This document shows positions 28,616 through 39,200 of a stretch of DNA of 64,000 bases, one piece after another; position 1 is the stretch's first letter; each line of letters opens with the position of its first letter. The stretch spans positions 11,062-75,061 of the forward strand of contig JBGPBV010000015.1 in the NCBI GenBank assembly GCA_041481445.1. Direction: 5' to 3'. Origin of the DNA: Vicinamibacteria bacterium (GTDB lineage Bacteria > Acidobacteriota > Vicinamibacteria > Fen-336). The notes under the pieces were generated by a model. That model did no database searches, had not been told where the DNA came from, and saw only the letters and a list, made by a program, of their open reading frames with translations. Both the position numbers and the translations under genes were made by a program.

Positions 28616-29848
28616 ATGGCCCACGCGCTCGGAGAGAATACCGCGGTTACCGTAGAATCCGCAATCAACGTCCAACGCGGTGGACAACGATTCATGCTGA
28701 CCCGACGCCTTACCGGTCTCAATGGCCTGCGTGAGCTGCGAGAACCGTGGCTGTCCTTGCACGACGGAGCCGATTTGTACGCGCGCTACGAGTGGCACCT
28801 GGCCTGCGGTATGCATCTGCTGGACGATGTGTCGCTCGCCTACGTGCAGGTGCTCGACGGCGACCGGACGGTGGCCATCGTGCCTGCCATCGCGAGCCGC
28901 GAGCGATTTCGGCCCTTCGGCCAACTGCGGGTGCTCAGCCTTGGCCTGCATCCGCACCTGGCCCTGGCGGATTTCCCGCTCGCCGCCGATGTTCGTGTGG
29001 AGGACGTTGCGGCCGCGCTGCGCGCGGCGCTGGCGGCCTGGCCAGAGCACTGGGATGCGCTGCGATGGCCACGCGTCCTGGCCTCGAGCCACGCGATGCG
29101 CTTGGCGCACGCATTCGACGCCTCCGCGGCCCACATATCGCCAGCGTCGCCATGCAACACGCTCGACACGCGGCGGCCGTTCGTGAGCCTGTCCAAGAAC
29201 CTCCGGGCCACTTTGCGCAAGTCACAAAAACGGTTGGAGGAATCCGGCGGTGCGCATATCACGTGCAACGATGTGCCAGCCGAAGCGGCAAGCGGCAGCC
29301 GACCGGCTGCGCTGCACATTGGTGCCGACGGGATCGATGCCGCCTACGATGCATTTCTCGCGATCGAGGCCTCCGGCTGGAAGGGTGAGGCAGGCGCTGG
29401 CTCGGCTATCCGCCTGAATCCCGCCACGCGCGGTTTCTATGCCGAGCTGCTGGCACTTCGCGGCGCCGATTTCGTGCCCGAAGTCACGCTGCTGGTGCGC
29501 GGCACGACGCCGATCGCCGCGCAGTTCTCGGTGCGTGTGAACCGCTGCAAGCACGTGCTCAAGATCGGCTACGACGAAGCCGAGTCACGCTTTTCGCCGG
29601 GGCAGGTGCTGGTGGCCAGGGTGCTCGAAGCTGCCAGTGGGGGCATGATCGAGCGCATCAACCTGGTCACTGACATGCCATGGCACCGGGCGTGGCGCCC
29701 GGTGCCCGAGCCGACATTCCACGTAGCCGTGTTTCGCCGGCGCTGGCGCGCCGCGCTGTATCGCGGCTATTCCTGGGCCCTTCGGTCGGCGAGAATGGCG
29801 TTGCTGGCCTTTCGGGGACTGCGTGCACGTCCGGGTGATCTGCATTAA
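28616..29848 (+). CDS. FemAB/CelD-like GNAT-fold acyltransferase (second paralog)
   Basis: LRELREPWLSL, GWKGEAGAG, and LLVRGTTPIAAQFSVRVNRCKHVLKIGYDEAESRFSPGQVL parallel the 6276-7517 protein. Start uncertain (alternatives at 28568 and 28694). Confidence 0.55.
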   Translation: MAHALGENTAVTVESAINVQRGGQRFMLTRRLTGLNGLRELREPWLSLHDGADLYARYEWHLACGMHLLDDVSLAYVQVLDGDRTVAIVPAIASRERFRPFGQLRVLSLGLHPHLALADFPLAADVRVEDVAAALRAALAAWPEHWDALRWPRVLASSHAMRLAHAFDASAAHISPASPCNTLDTRRPFVSLSKNLRATLRKSQKRLEESGGAHITCNDVPAEAASGSRPAALHIGADGIDAAYDAFLAIEASGWKGEAGAGSAIRLNPATRGFYAELLALRGADFVPEVTLLVRGTTPIAAQFSVRVNRCKHVLKIGYDEAESRFSPGQVLVARVLEAASGGMIERINLVTDMPWHRAWRPVPEPTFHVAVFRRRWRAALYRGYSWALRSARMALLAFRGLRARPGDLH

Positions 29849-29936
29849 CTTCCGCTGGCCCGGCATCGTGGTCTCCATCGCCAGCGCCGGCGACCTGTTG
29901 GACGAACCGTACCTTCGCATGTGTAGACGTTGACCG

Positions 29937-31385
29937 ATGCAGAACTCCCGAGACATCGCATGTGACACTGTCGTCGTCGGCAGCGGGATGGGCGGTAGCA
30001 CGTTCGCGTACGGGCTTGCTCGTCGCGGCTTCGATATCGTTGTCATCGATGAAGGACAACTCGTGCCGGCAGCGACTACTCTATCGCCGGTGCATCAATC
30101 GCTCCTGCCGTCCGGATCCCTGGTAGGAGGGCTCACAAAGACGTATGGCGCAGCGATGTATCGGCTGCGAGAACTCGATTTCGAGGCAACGGAGTTGGAG
30201 GCGGGAGTTTCACCCGCCTGGCCGTTCGGCTACGCTGACCTGGAGCCATACTACGGAGAAGCGGAGCGTCTGTATCGAGTGCATGGGTCGAGCGAGAACG
30301 ACCCGTCCGAGCCACCGCGCTCCACACCCTGGCCCTACGCGCCCATTCCCCATCAAGGTCCTGTTCGCGAGTTGGTCGGGCGTATTACACATAAAGCGGG
30401 CGTCCCGGTGTCCTATGTCCCTCGTGCTATCGACTATGATCCCGAGCACGGTGGAGCATGCGTACTCTGTCGGCACTGTGACGCGTACTTTTGCCCGCGC
30501 GACGCGAAGATGGATGCGGAAATCGGCGCTCTCCGTCCCGCGATGCGGATTGGGGCAGTCAAACTGATGACGCAGACCCAATGCCTGCGCGTCCTCACGA
30601 CGTCCGATGGACGAAGGGCCACTGGGGTTCGCGTACGCCGCGAAGGGGAAGAGTACACGATTCACGCGCGCATCGTGGCGTTGGCATGCGGTGTCACGGG
30701 AACTCCGACGCTCCTGTGGCGCTCGCGCTCGGGTGGTGCGCCACATGCCAATGGGGTTGCCAACGGCTCAGGCACGCTCGGGCGGCGGGTGGCCGCGCAC
30801 CGACAAGCCTGGGTGTTTCCCGTGTCGCCGTTGGTGCAGCGAACGCCATTCCATCAGAAGACGTTTGCGATGAACGCTTTTTACGCATCGGCTCCCAACT
30901 GGCCGCACGCCCTTGGAACCATCCAATCGGCCGGTTACATCGAGCCCCTTTCATTCTCTCGCCGCTATCGCCCCTTTGTTGCCGCGGCCCTGTTCAACAG
31001 CTTTCAGACTTTCGTCATGAACGAAATGCTGCCGTCGCCTCACACAGGATATGTCTTGACGGATGGTGGTGCGGAACGCCTCGGGATGCCGTTGGAGAAT
31101 CCGAAAACATTCTCAAGACTCCGCCAGCATGCGATAGAGCTTTTCAAGCGTGCCGGATATCCGGTACTCGCACCGCGAATCTACGGTGCCTGGCATTGGG
31201 TAGGGTCGGCGCGAATGGGCAAGGATCCTTCCACGTCGATTGTCGATTCCTTGTGTCGTACTCATGATGTCGATGGACTGTACCTCGTCGACGCGAGCGC
31301 CCTGCCAACGGCGGGCGCGGTCAACACGGGGTTGACGATCGCCGCCGTAGCGCTGCGAGCGGCCGCGGCCGTGCCGAAGCCCTAG
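29937..31385 (+). CDS. GMC-family FAD-dependent oxidoreductase
   Basis: N-terminal VVVGSGMGGS FAD-binding motif. C-terminal GSARMG...VDGLYLVDASALPT typical of GMC oxidoreductases. Confidence 0.75.
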   Translation: MQNSRDIACDTVVVGSGMGGSTFAYGLARRGFDIVVIDEGQLVPAATTLSPVHQSLLPSGSLVGGLTKTYGAAMYRLRELDFEATELEAGVSPAWPFGYADLEPYYGEAERLYRVHGSSENDPSEPPRSTPWPYAPIPHQGPVRELVGRITHKAGVPVSYVPRAIDYDPEHGGACVLCRHCDAYFCPRDAKMDAEIGALRPAMRIGAVKLMTQTQCLRVLTTSDGRRATGVRVRREGEEYTIHARIVALACGVTGTPTLLWRSRSGGAPHANGVANGSGTLGRRVAAHRQAWVFPVSPLVQRTPFHQKTFAMNAFYASAPNWPHALGTIQSAGYIEPLSFSRRYRPFVAAALFNSFQTFVMNEMLPSPHTGYVLTDGGAERLGMPLENPKTFSRLRQHAIELFKRAGYPVLAPRIYGAWHWVGSARMGKDPSTSIVDSLCRTHDVDGLYLVDASALPTAGAVNTGLTIAAVALRAAAAVPKP

Positions 31386-31535
31386 GATCGCCCGGCACTT
31401 CTTCTCCTCGGCGGAGGCCGCGGCGCTGATGGCGCTGCCTTGGTCGTCCCGGCCGCAACTCCACACGCGGACGGTCTCGCAAGCGGTGCGCGCCCGATCA
31501 GGGGCGCGTGGGTGCGGGCGGTAGGCGAGGCACCC

Positions 31536-32897
31536 TCAGCGTTGAGCCTGCTTCGCGGCCCCGGTGGGCAGCTCGGCGAGAAACAGATCGCTCCGCCCCG
31601 AGCCATCCATGTCCGACGTGAAGAGCACGTACTCACCATCCGGTGAGAACTTGGCAAAGCTGAAGAAGGTGTAATTCCCCGTCGTGTTGTACGGATGTCC
31701 CAGGAGGCGCCGCTGACCGTTGGCGGTGATGAGGACCATCCCTCCGGGCGCGAGCCAGAAGTCTTCGGGCGGCCGCAAGCTTCCATAGTGGGTGAACACC
31801 GCCCATTGGTCGTTGAGGTCGGCGGGGTGCTGGATCCAGTTGCCATTGCCGTGAACCAGGGTCGCGTTGGCGGGCCCGCCGATGTGCTCCCCCGAGCTGG
31901 GCAGGTCGGAGGTGAACATGGCAAAGTCGGGCGGGAAATGCATGTTCCAATCCACGACCAGCCAGCGCCGCCGCAGGCTCGCGTTGTGCCCGAATGGAAT
32001 CCCGGGATCGCCCGCGGTACTCCCGATGATGCTGCTCGTATTCCAATCCCAGATCGAGAGCCCATTTGCCGGTGAATTCAGGGCCAGCCCCACGTAGCGC
32101 CCTGCCCGGTCGATGCGCGGCTCGTTCATGTTCGTATTGGTGTATGTCTTCTTGATGTTCGTACTGGGCTCGAAGGCGACCATCGTGGGACCGGTGGCCC
32201 CCCGCATCCAGACGAACATCCCGTCGCTCTCGCTCTGGTGCAGCCAAACCGCCCTGGGCTCGGTCTGGGGCCAGCCGTTGCCGGGGGCCGCCGTCATCGT
32301 CCGGAGGTCGAAGCGGACGATCGAGGTGCCGTTGCTCGAATAGGCGTAATGAGGCGTCGCGGGGTTGTTGGAGAAGGTGAAGGCCAGGTCCATGAACGGG
32401 GCAAGGCTGCCGGTGAGCGGGCGGGGATTGCTGACGCCGACACCCGGGGTGAAGTCGATCAGCCAGTGCACCGCGCCGCTGTACACCAGTATCGCGCGAG
32501 TGTTTCCGTTGTACGGCAGGGACACTTCGTCACCGCCCTCGGCGTAATCGTGGCCCCAGTTCGGGCCCGGGGCCGGGAAAGCGGCGGAGGTGAGCTTGTC
32601 GATCCTGACGTTCGTCGTTGGATCGGAGTACCAGTTGCCGGCCGCCATCGAGCGTACGTTGAGCGCATCGTAGGCCGCGGTGAGCGGTACCTGCGAGGTC
32701 AGGGCCTCCGGCAACAGCGTGGGATCCGCGGCGGCGCGGCCGGCCTTGTCGTCCGCGACGGTGCTGCTGGTCTTCTCTGCGGACCCACCCGGCGGCGGCG
32801 CGCATGCCGACAGCATTGGCAGGGCGATCCCGCCGAGAGCGGCCAGGGTCAAGGCGAGGCGCGCGCTCCTCTCGCCGCAGCAAGAACGGGAACCCAT
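31536..32897 (-). CDS. Lipoprotein with C-terminal TolB/PD40-like beta-propeller repeats
   Basis: Signal peptide with LSAC lipobox. C-terminal FSPDGEYVLFTSDMDGSGRSDLFLAEL resembles PD40 repeats. Confidence 0.5.
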   Translation of the reverse strand: MGSRSCCGERSARLALTLAALGGIALPMLSACAPPPGGSAEKTSSTVADDKAGRAAADPTLLPEALTSQVPLTAAYDALNVRSMAAGNWYSDPTTNVRIDKLTSAAFPAPGPNWGHDYAEGGDEVSLPYNGNTRAILVYSGAVHWLIDFTPGVGVSNPRPLTGSLAPFMDLAFTFSNNPATPHYAYSSNGTSIVRFDLRTMTAAPGNGWPQTEPRAVWLHQSESDGMFVWMRGATGPTMVAFEPSTNIKKTYTNTNMNEPRIDRAGRYVGLALNSPANGLSIWDWNTSSIIGSTAGDPGIPFGHNASLRRRWLVVDWNMHFPPDFAMFTSDLPSSGEHIGGPANATLVHGNGNWIQHPADLNDQWAVFTHYGSLRPPEDFWLAPGGMVLITANGQRRLLGHPYNTTGNYTFFSFAKFSPDGEYVLFTSDMDGSGRSDLFLAELPTGAAKQAQR

Positions 32898-33075
32898 CAG
32901 TCGCCATTCTCCGGCAGTAAGGCCGTCGTTACCAACCCAGGGTGTCACGAGACCCTCCAGACCGTGCGCCATCGGAGACGCGAGCACCGCCCCCGGGGGA
33001 AGTCAGCTCGTGAGCCGTTCGCGTCGACGGGTTACGCGGGGGAAACCCTGCGGGGGCTCAGCCCGGGCGATCCAT

Positions 33076-33522
33076 TCACGGCAGCCACTTTCGTACCGTG
33101 ACCGTGGTGCCGTGGCCCGGCCGGCTCGAGATGTCAAACTCGTCCATCAGCCGGCGCACTCCGGGCAGGCCCAGGCCAAGGCCCGATCCGGTGGAGTAGC
33201 CCGCGCTCAGGGCGACCGCGATGTCCGAGATGCCTGGCCCCTCATCCCGAGCGACGATGACCAGGCCTGGCCGGTCGTTCCGACGATCCTCGCCCAGCAC
33301 GATCTCTCCCGTGGTGGCGTACTCGAGGATGTTGCGCGCCAGCTCCGAGATGGCGGTGACGATCAAGGTCACGTCGCCGCCCGTAAAACCCAGCCCCACC
33401 GCCAGGGCGCGGCCCCGCTGCCGGGCGGTGACGATATCGCCCGACGAGCGGATCGGCACCACGTTCTTCTCCGGGGTGGTCGCTTCCGGTCCCGCTGCCC
33501 GGCTAGTCGACATACGTTGCAC
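33076..33522 (-). CDS. GHKL ATPase-only protein (RsbW/RsbT-like anti-sigma regulatory kinase)
   Basis: N-box ELARNILEYA, G1 ARDEGPGI, G2 GSGLGLGL. About 148 aa with no DHp domain. Confidence 0.65.
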   Translation of the reverse strand: MQRMSTSRAAGPEATTPEKNVVPIRSSGDIVTARQRGRALAVGLGFTGGDVTLIVTAISELARNILEYATTGEIVLGEDRRNDRPGLVIVARDEGPGISDIAVALSAGYSTGSGLGLGLPGVRRLMDEFDISSRPGHGTTVTVRKWLP

Positions 33523-33820
33523 CCACCATCACCTGCTGCTTCGGATGGGCTGGCCCGCCTCGAGAGTGAGGGCGGTGGGGACGTCCTCCACACCGAGGGC
33601 GAGCTGGCCCATCGAGAAAGCCGGCGTGGTTCTCGTGGACTTCTGGGTGGGAGGAGAGGAAGTCTGAGCGCGTCGCGTCGCGTCCGTGTTCGGCAAGTGC
33701 AAGAAAAGGTGACCCCGGGGCGGCCTCAGCGTAGGGAGACTAGCGCCCGGCCCGCGCGCAGTCAAGGAGGGGGCAGGCGCAGCTCCGCCTACGACGAAGA
33801 ACCCCCATGGCCGCTGGCCT

Positions 33821-34498
33821 TCAGGACGAGGCTGAACCGGAGCCGGCCGCCCTGGGTCTGGTCCTGATGAAGCTCAGGGTGCCCGATTCGTTCCCTTGCC
33901 CGTCCACCAGGTCGTCCACCAGGCGCAGCAGTCGCTGGCAGTTCCGGTAGGCCACGTCCAGCATCCGCTGGCCCTGGGCGTTCAGCTCACCGCCTCGTCC
34001 GCCCTTGAGCAGGCTGAGTGAATCGTGGAGCGACCTGACGGGCGCCGACATCTCGTGGCTCATGACGGAGAGGAGCTCGTTCTCGAGCGGCGGGGTCCTC
34101 CTCCGCGCGAGATGCTGGCTCTGGGTGCTCTGGAAGTCGTGCCGGACGGCGTTGATCCGCGGCCCCGGCTCCTCGTTGAGGTCGCACACCGACGAGTTCT
34201 GTTCCTGGTAGACCCGGTAGACCCGCCGCGTCAGCTCGAAAGGGGCCAGGCAATCCGCGAAGAGCTCGGAGGCCCTCCGGACGACGCGCGTGCTCTCGTC
34301 GACGGCTGACATCTCGACGAGGACCGCCATCAGCGCTTTCTGGTGAACGGCGGCCATCTCCAGCACGCTGAAGCCCTCGCCGGCCGCCCGGCGTCCGAGC
34401 TGATAGGCCCGGAACAGCGCGTCTTCTCCACCTTCCGCGCAGTACTCCCGCAACGCCGCCGAGTATTGCTCGGTCAGCTCGCCCAGAGCGATCGTCAT
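33821..34498 (-). CDS. Histidine-kinase-like protein with HisKA (DHp) domain but no catalytic ATPase domain
   Basis: H-box LLSVMSHEMSAPVRSL. ORF ends about 40 aa after the DHp. The Arg/Pro/Gly-rich 5' extension of the ORF was excluded. Confidence 0.5.
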   Translation of the reverse strand: MTIALGELTEQYSAALREYCAEGGEDALFRAYQLGRRAAGEGFSVLEMAAVHQKALMAVLVEMSAVDESTRVVRRASELFADCLAPFELTRRVYRVYQEQNSSVCDLNEEPGPRINAVRHDFQSTQSQHLARRRTPPLENELLSVMSHEMSAPVRSLHDSLSLLKGGRGGELNAQGQRMLDVAYRNCQRLLRLVDDLVDGQGNESGTLSFIRTRPRAAGSGSASS

Positions 34499-34810
34499 GC
34501 CGACCCTCACGGGAACCGCGGCGCTACCGCCGCGCGTCGTCCGTGCCCGGGGCGTCCCCGACCCCGAGCCTCCTGGGACAAGACCCGTCGGCGCCGACGG
34601 AGGAGGGGCGACACGGTGGGATGTTAGCGATGGTCTCTGGGCGCGGCCATGAGGGATCCCCCTCATACTCGCCGGGATGCGCCCCTCATTTTCACGGCCC
34701 CCGCCCGGCCAGGCGGGGACGGCCCCGACCCTCAGGTCAAGCCTCCCGGCTGACGACGCGCGATCCCTCCTCCCGCCGCCAGAGGCAGGGAACAGGGCAA
34801 AGCGACGGGG

Positions 34811-35455
34811 TCAGGACAGGTGGCCGTGCTTGGCGGCGAAGCGGAGGAGCTCGACGGTGCTGTGCAGGCCGAGCTTCTCCATGAGGTGGGTGCGGTGGTT
34901 GTCCACCGTCTTGGCGCTGATGCAGAGGATGTTGGCCACCCGGGCATTGGTGCAGCCCTCGACCAGGAGCTGAAAGACCTCCCGCTCACGGTCGGTCAGC
35001 CGGGAGTAAGGGTCCTCCGCGACCGGCTCGTCCGCCTGGTAGCCCTTCGCCAGGGCATTGGAGGCCTGGGGGCCGAAATAGCCTCTGCCCGATCCCAAGG
35101 CCCGGAGGGCCGCCACCAGCTCAGAGGCGGCGCCGTCCTTGACCAGATAGCCGGAGGCCCCCGCGCGCACCGTCTTGAGGACGTATTCCTCGTCATCGTG
35201 CATGGTGAGGACCAGGATCCGCGCCCTGGGCAGCGCCTTGTGAATGCGACGGGCGGCTTCCAGGCCATTCAGGCGGGGCATGGTGAGGTCGAGCACCACC
35301 ACGTCGGGTCTGGTCTCCAGCGCCTTGGCCAGCGCCTCGCTCCCGTCGGCGGCTTCGGCCACCACTTCGAACTCCCCCGCGGCCTTCAGGATGCTCACCA
35401 GGCCCTGACGAAGGATCGTGTGGTCGTCGGCCAGGAGGATCCGGAGCCGGCTCAT
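34811..35455 (-). CDS. Response regulator, NarL/FixJ family (REC + LuxR-type HTH)
   Basis: ILLADDH...VVLDLTMP receiver, and C-terminal LTDREREVFQLLVEGCTNARVANILCISAKTV. Confidence 0.85.
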   Translation of the reverse strand: MSRLRILLADDHTILRQGLVSILKAAGEFEVVAEAADGSEALAKALETRPDVVVLDLTMPRLNGLEAARRIHKALPRARILVLTMHDDEEYVLKTVRAGASGYLVKDGAASELVAALRALGSGRGYFGPQASNALAKGYQADEPVAEDPYSRLTDREREVFQLLVEGCTNARVANILCISAKTVDNHRTHLMEKLGLHSTVELLRFAAKHGHLS

Positions 35456-36255
35456 CAGCTCCGCGCCTCGCCTTCCCGTTCGAGAGGGACTTCGACCTCG
35501 AGTGTCGTCCCCTCTCCCGGCCGCGACGTCAGCGTGAAGCGACCCGCGAACAGGTGGACGCGGTCCCGCATCCCGCGCAGTCCGAAACCGCGCTCCTCGT
35601 CGGTCGAGCGCAGGACCTCGGCCGCGTCGAACCCGGCGCCGCGGTCCTCCACCCTGAGGAGCAGCCGCTCCTCCGCCGCGCGGAGCTGGACCCGCACCGT
35701 GGGCGTCTGGGCGTGCTTGGCCACGTTGGTCAGGGCCTCCTGGACCAGGCGGAAGACCAGGTTCTGCACATCAGGATCCGTCCGCTCGCCCACCTCTTCC
35801 GACACGAGCTCGACCTCGATGCCGGTCCGCTTCTGGAAAGTGCGGGCCAGCCACCGGAGGGTGGGCAGCAGACCCAGCTCGTCGAGCATCTGCGGGCGCA
35901 GGAGATGGGAGATCTGGCGCACGTCCTGCAAGGTGCGGTCCGCCAGCTCCCGCAGCTCCCCCAGCCGCAGCGACAACTCGCGGTTGTCCGGCGCCGCCCA
36001 CTGCTCGAGGAGCGCGAGTTGGATCTTGAGCGCGGTCAGGGACTGGCCGACGCCATCATGGAGCTCGCGAGAGATCCGGCCACGCTCGGCCTCCTGCACC
36101 CGCAGGATCCCCTTGGAGATGAGCCGAAACCGCTTCTCGCCTTCGCCGAGGCGTTGGAGGAGACGCGCGTTCTCGGAGGTGATCCTGGCCACCTCCTGCG
36201 CGATCTCTCGCACGGACTCCAGTCCCGTCCCGGGATCGCGGCGGTCAGAATCCAT
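35455..36255 (-). CDS. Cytoplasmic sensor histidine kinase, HisKA_3 family
   Basis: ELHDGVGQSLTAL H-box and the HATPase motifs RVEDRGAGF, GFGLRGMRDR. Start overlaps the regulator stop. Confidence 0.8.
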   Translation of the reverse strand: MDSDRRDPGTGLESVREIAQEVARITSENARLLQRLGEGEKRFRLISKGILRVQEAERGRISRELHDGVGQSLTALKIQLALLEQWAAPDNRELSLRLGELRELADRTLQDVRQISHLLRPQMLDELGLLPTLRWLARTFQKRTGIEVELVSEEVGERTDPDVQNLVFRLVQEALTNVAKHAQTPTVRVQLRAAEERLLLRVEDRGAGFDAAEVLRSTDEERGFGLRGMRDRVHLFAGRFTLTSRPGEGTTLEVEVPLEREGEARS

Positions 36256-39200
36256 CCGCGGAGGCCGGTCCCTTCAGCGTTGCGCCGGGAGCGGCCCGCT
36301 CGAGGGCCGCAGGATGGGCGGAGATCCAGGCTTCGATCTCCTGCACCGCGGGGAGTCCGGCAAAGGAGCGGCGGAGGTCCTTGTCGAGCCCGTCCCTGAG
36401 CTTCGCCATGCGGCGGGCGCTCTCCTGGTACGCGGCCGCCGCCGCCGCCGCCTCGCCCTTCTTCTCCAGGATCCGACCGAGCAGCGCGTGCAGGCGATAC
36501 AGGCCGGCTTCCCATCCGCACCTCTCGGCCACCTCCAGCGCGCGCCGGGTCGATTCCTCGGCCTCGCGCAGGCGGCCGCGGCCGAGCTCGGCCCGGGCCT
36601 GGGCCTCCGCGGCCCGAATGCGCAGCAAGGCGTCTCCCAGCGCGTCCGCTTCACGCACGATGACACCCAGGGCCGCCGCCGCGGCCGCTGGATCAAGGGC
36701 CGCCGCCTGCGCGAGGCGGGCGCGCAGGAGGGCAGCCCGGCCCTTGCTCGCGGCCGCCTGCTCGACCGCGCGGCCCCGGTCGAGCCGCGCGGCCTCCCTC
36801 TCCCCCCTGCGGCCGTGCCACTCTCCCCGCAGTACGTAATAGTCTGAGGACTGCTCGCGGTTTCCCGTCTCGCGCACCCACGCCTCGGCCACATCGAGCT
36901 TCGCCCTGGCCGCGTCGAGGCGGCCCACGTCGAGCAGGACCGCCGCCTGTTTCAGGGTGAATTCCGCGAGGCCCCGCTTGTCGTCGAGCTGCTTCAGCAG
37001 GGTCAGGGCCTCCTCGAGGGACGTGAGTGCGGCCCCGTAGCGGCCCTCGTAATGGTGGAGAACGCCGAGGTTGCCGAAGGAAACGGCCATGGCATTCTTG
37101 AAGTCGATCTCGCGGCTCCGCTCCAAGGCGTCCATGAAGGACTTGAACGCCTCCGCCCAGCGACCCTGGGCCATCTGGAGGAAGCCCATGTTCTGGATGG
37201 ACAGGATGATGCCGCTCTTCTCTCCGACCTTCCGGCGCCGATCCAGGCTCTGCTGCCAGTAGACGAGCGCGTTGTCGTATTCCCCCGCGAGGAACAAGAC
37301 GTAGCCCACGTTGTCGTAGCTCTGCGCCAGCTGCCGCTCGTCGCCCAGGTCGCGCCGGATCCTCAGGGCCTCCTGGTAGGACTCGCGGGCCCGCACGTAG
37401 TCGCCGCGCCCCTCGTACAGGACGCCGAAATCGTCGAAGATACCGGCTAGCCCGTCCTTGTCGCCGATCTTCTCGTATATCTGACGCGCCTGCTGCAAAT
37501 CCGGCGCCGCCTCTCCGAAGCGGCCCATGGCCACGTACACCCGGGCCCGGTTCTTCAGGCCGGTGGCGAGCCCGTGTTCGTCGCCGAGACGCCGCCTCAT
37601 GACGGCGGCCGCCGAGTACTTCTCGAGGGCCTCCGGATACTGCCCGAGCTGGTGGTAGGCAACGCCCATGGCGTTCAGGGTTTCGGCCTGTCCCTGTTCG
37701 CTGTGCAGCTGGTTGTGCAGGGTGAGGGCACGGACGAGATAGTCGTTGACGGCCCGGGCGGCGTCTCCCACCAGGATGGTGTTCTTGCCCAGCAGGAACC
37801 AGGCTCGGGGATCGTTCCGGTCGAGGGCGGTGGCCTTCTGCAAGCTCTCCACGGCCTTGGCGATCTCGCCCTGCGCCCCCTGGGCGGCGGCCAGGTCGAG
37901 CAGGACTTCCGCGTCGTTGGGGTAGCGCGCGGCCAGCGCAGCATACCTCTTCGCGGCCTCGGCCGGATCGCCGCGCAGCATGGCCAGGCGCGCGGAGACC
38001 CGGTATTGCAGCCGCGTCTCTCCCGGCTCCACGGCGCGGGCGGCGTTCTCGGCGGCGGCCAGGGCCTTCTCGTGGTCGCCGAGGCTTTCGTAGGTCTGGC
38101 TGAGCCGCTCGAACGCGGCCGCGAACCCGCGGTCGGCCTCCACCGCTCGCTCGAGGGCCGTGGCGGCCGTGCTGTAATCCCCGAGCAGCATCCGCTCCCG
38201 GCCTTCCCGGTAAGCGCTCGCCGCCGCCAGCGAAGTGGTCTCGGGGGGTGGGCTCTCCATGCCCGACCGCCCCGCCCCCAGCTCTCGGCGCAGCTGTTCC
38301 CCCAGGCTTCCCACCATGCGGAAGACCCCGCCCGCGTCGGCGCTCTCGGCGCTGAGGTGCCGTGTGCTCAGGGCGCCCCCCGGCTCGACAGAGACCAGGC
38401 GCAGGTCCACCCGCACCGTGTCTCCCGCGCGGCGGACGCTCCCCGTCACCAGGGTATCGACGTCCAGGAGCGGAGCGAGCCGGCGCAGCACGCCCTCGTC
38501 GTACGGGCCGGCGGCCAGTTGAAGGTCGCGCAGCGTCCGCAGGACACGCTGCGCATCCAGGACCCGCAGGTCCGGGCTCTCCGAGAGGTTCGCGGTGATC
38601 ATCTCGGCCATCCCGGTACCGGTCCACGCCAAAGCCGGGTCGTGGGTCTCGTCGACCAGGGGCAGCACCGCCACGGCGTGCCGGGCGACGGCGGGAGCGG
38701 GCGCAGGGCGGGAGAGTCGGGGCAGGAGGGGCAGGCCGGAGACCAGCCGGAAGGCGCTCCACGCCGCGGTAGCCGCGACGAGCGCCACCACGAGCGCGAG
38801 CCAGCGGCGGGGCATCCGGGCGAGCCGGCTCGGCGCCCGCTTCCGGTCCAGGTCCGCGACGAGCTGGCGGGCGGTCTGGTACCGGCGCGCGGGGCTGCGT
38901 TCGAGGCAGCGCCGGATCACGCCCCATATGTAGGGTGGCACCTGTACTCCCGTCTCGCCGATGTCGCGGACGCGCCCGCTGATCCGCTGGGCCAGGACCT
39001 CCGCCTGGGAGTCGCCCCTGAAGGGGAGCTGCCCGCTGAGCATCTCGTAGAAGAGGATGCCGAGGGCGTAGATGTCGCTGCGCCCATCGACGGGCTCGCC
39101 GCAGACCTGCTCCGGCGAGAGGTAGGCTGGAGTACCGACCACGGCTCCGGCCCGTGTCAGGCCATCGCGGTCGAGGGATCGCGCCACGCCGAAGTCGGTG

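Noticed and set aside
33523-33820. Possible frameshifted linker joining the HisKA-only and GHKL-only ORFs into one kinase
   Set aside because: The three forward translations of this spacer are Pro/Thr/Arg-rich and unlike histidine-kinase linkers. It cannot be confirmed, so both pieces are reported as separate CDS with moderate confidence.
34820-36847. 675-aa plus-strand ORF
   Set aside because: It is antisense to the response regulator and HisKA_3 kinase genes.
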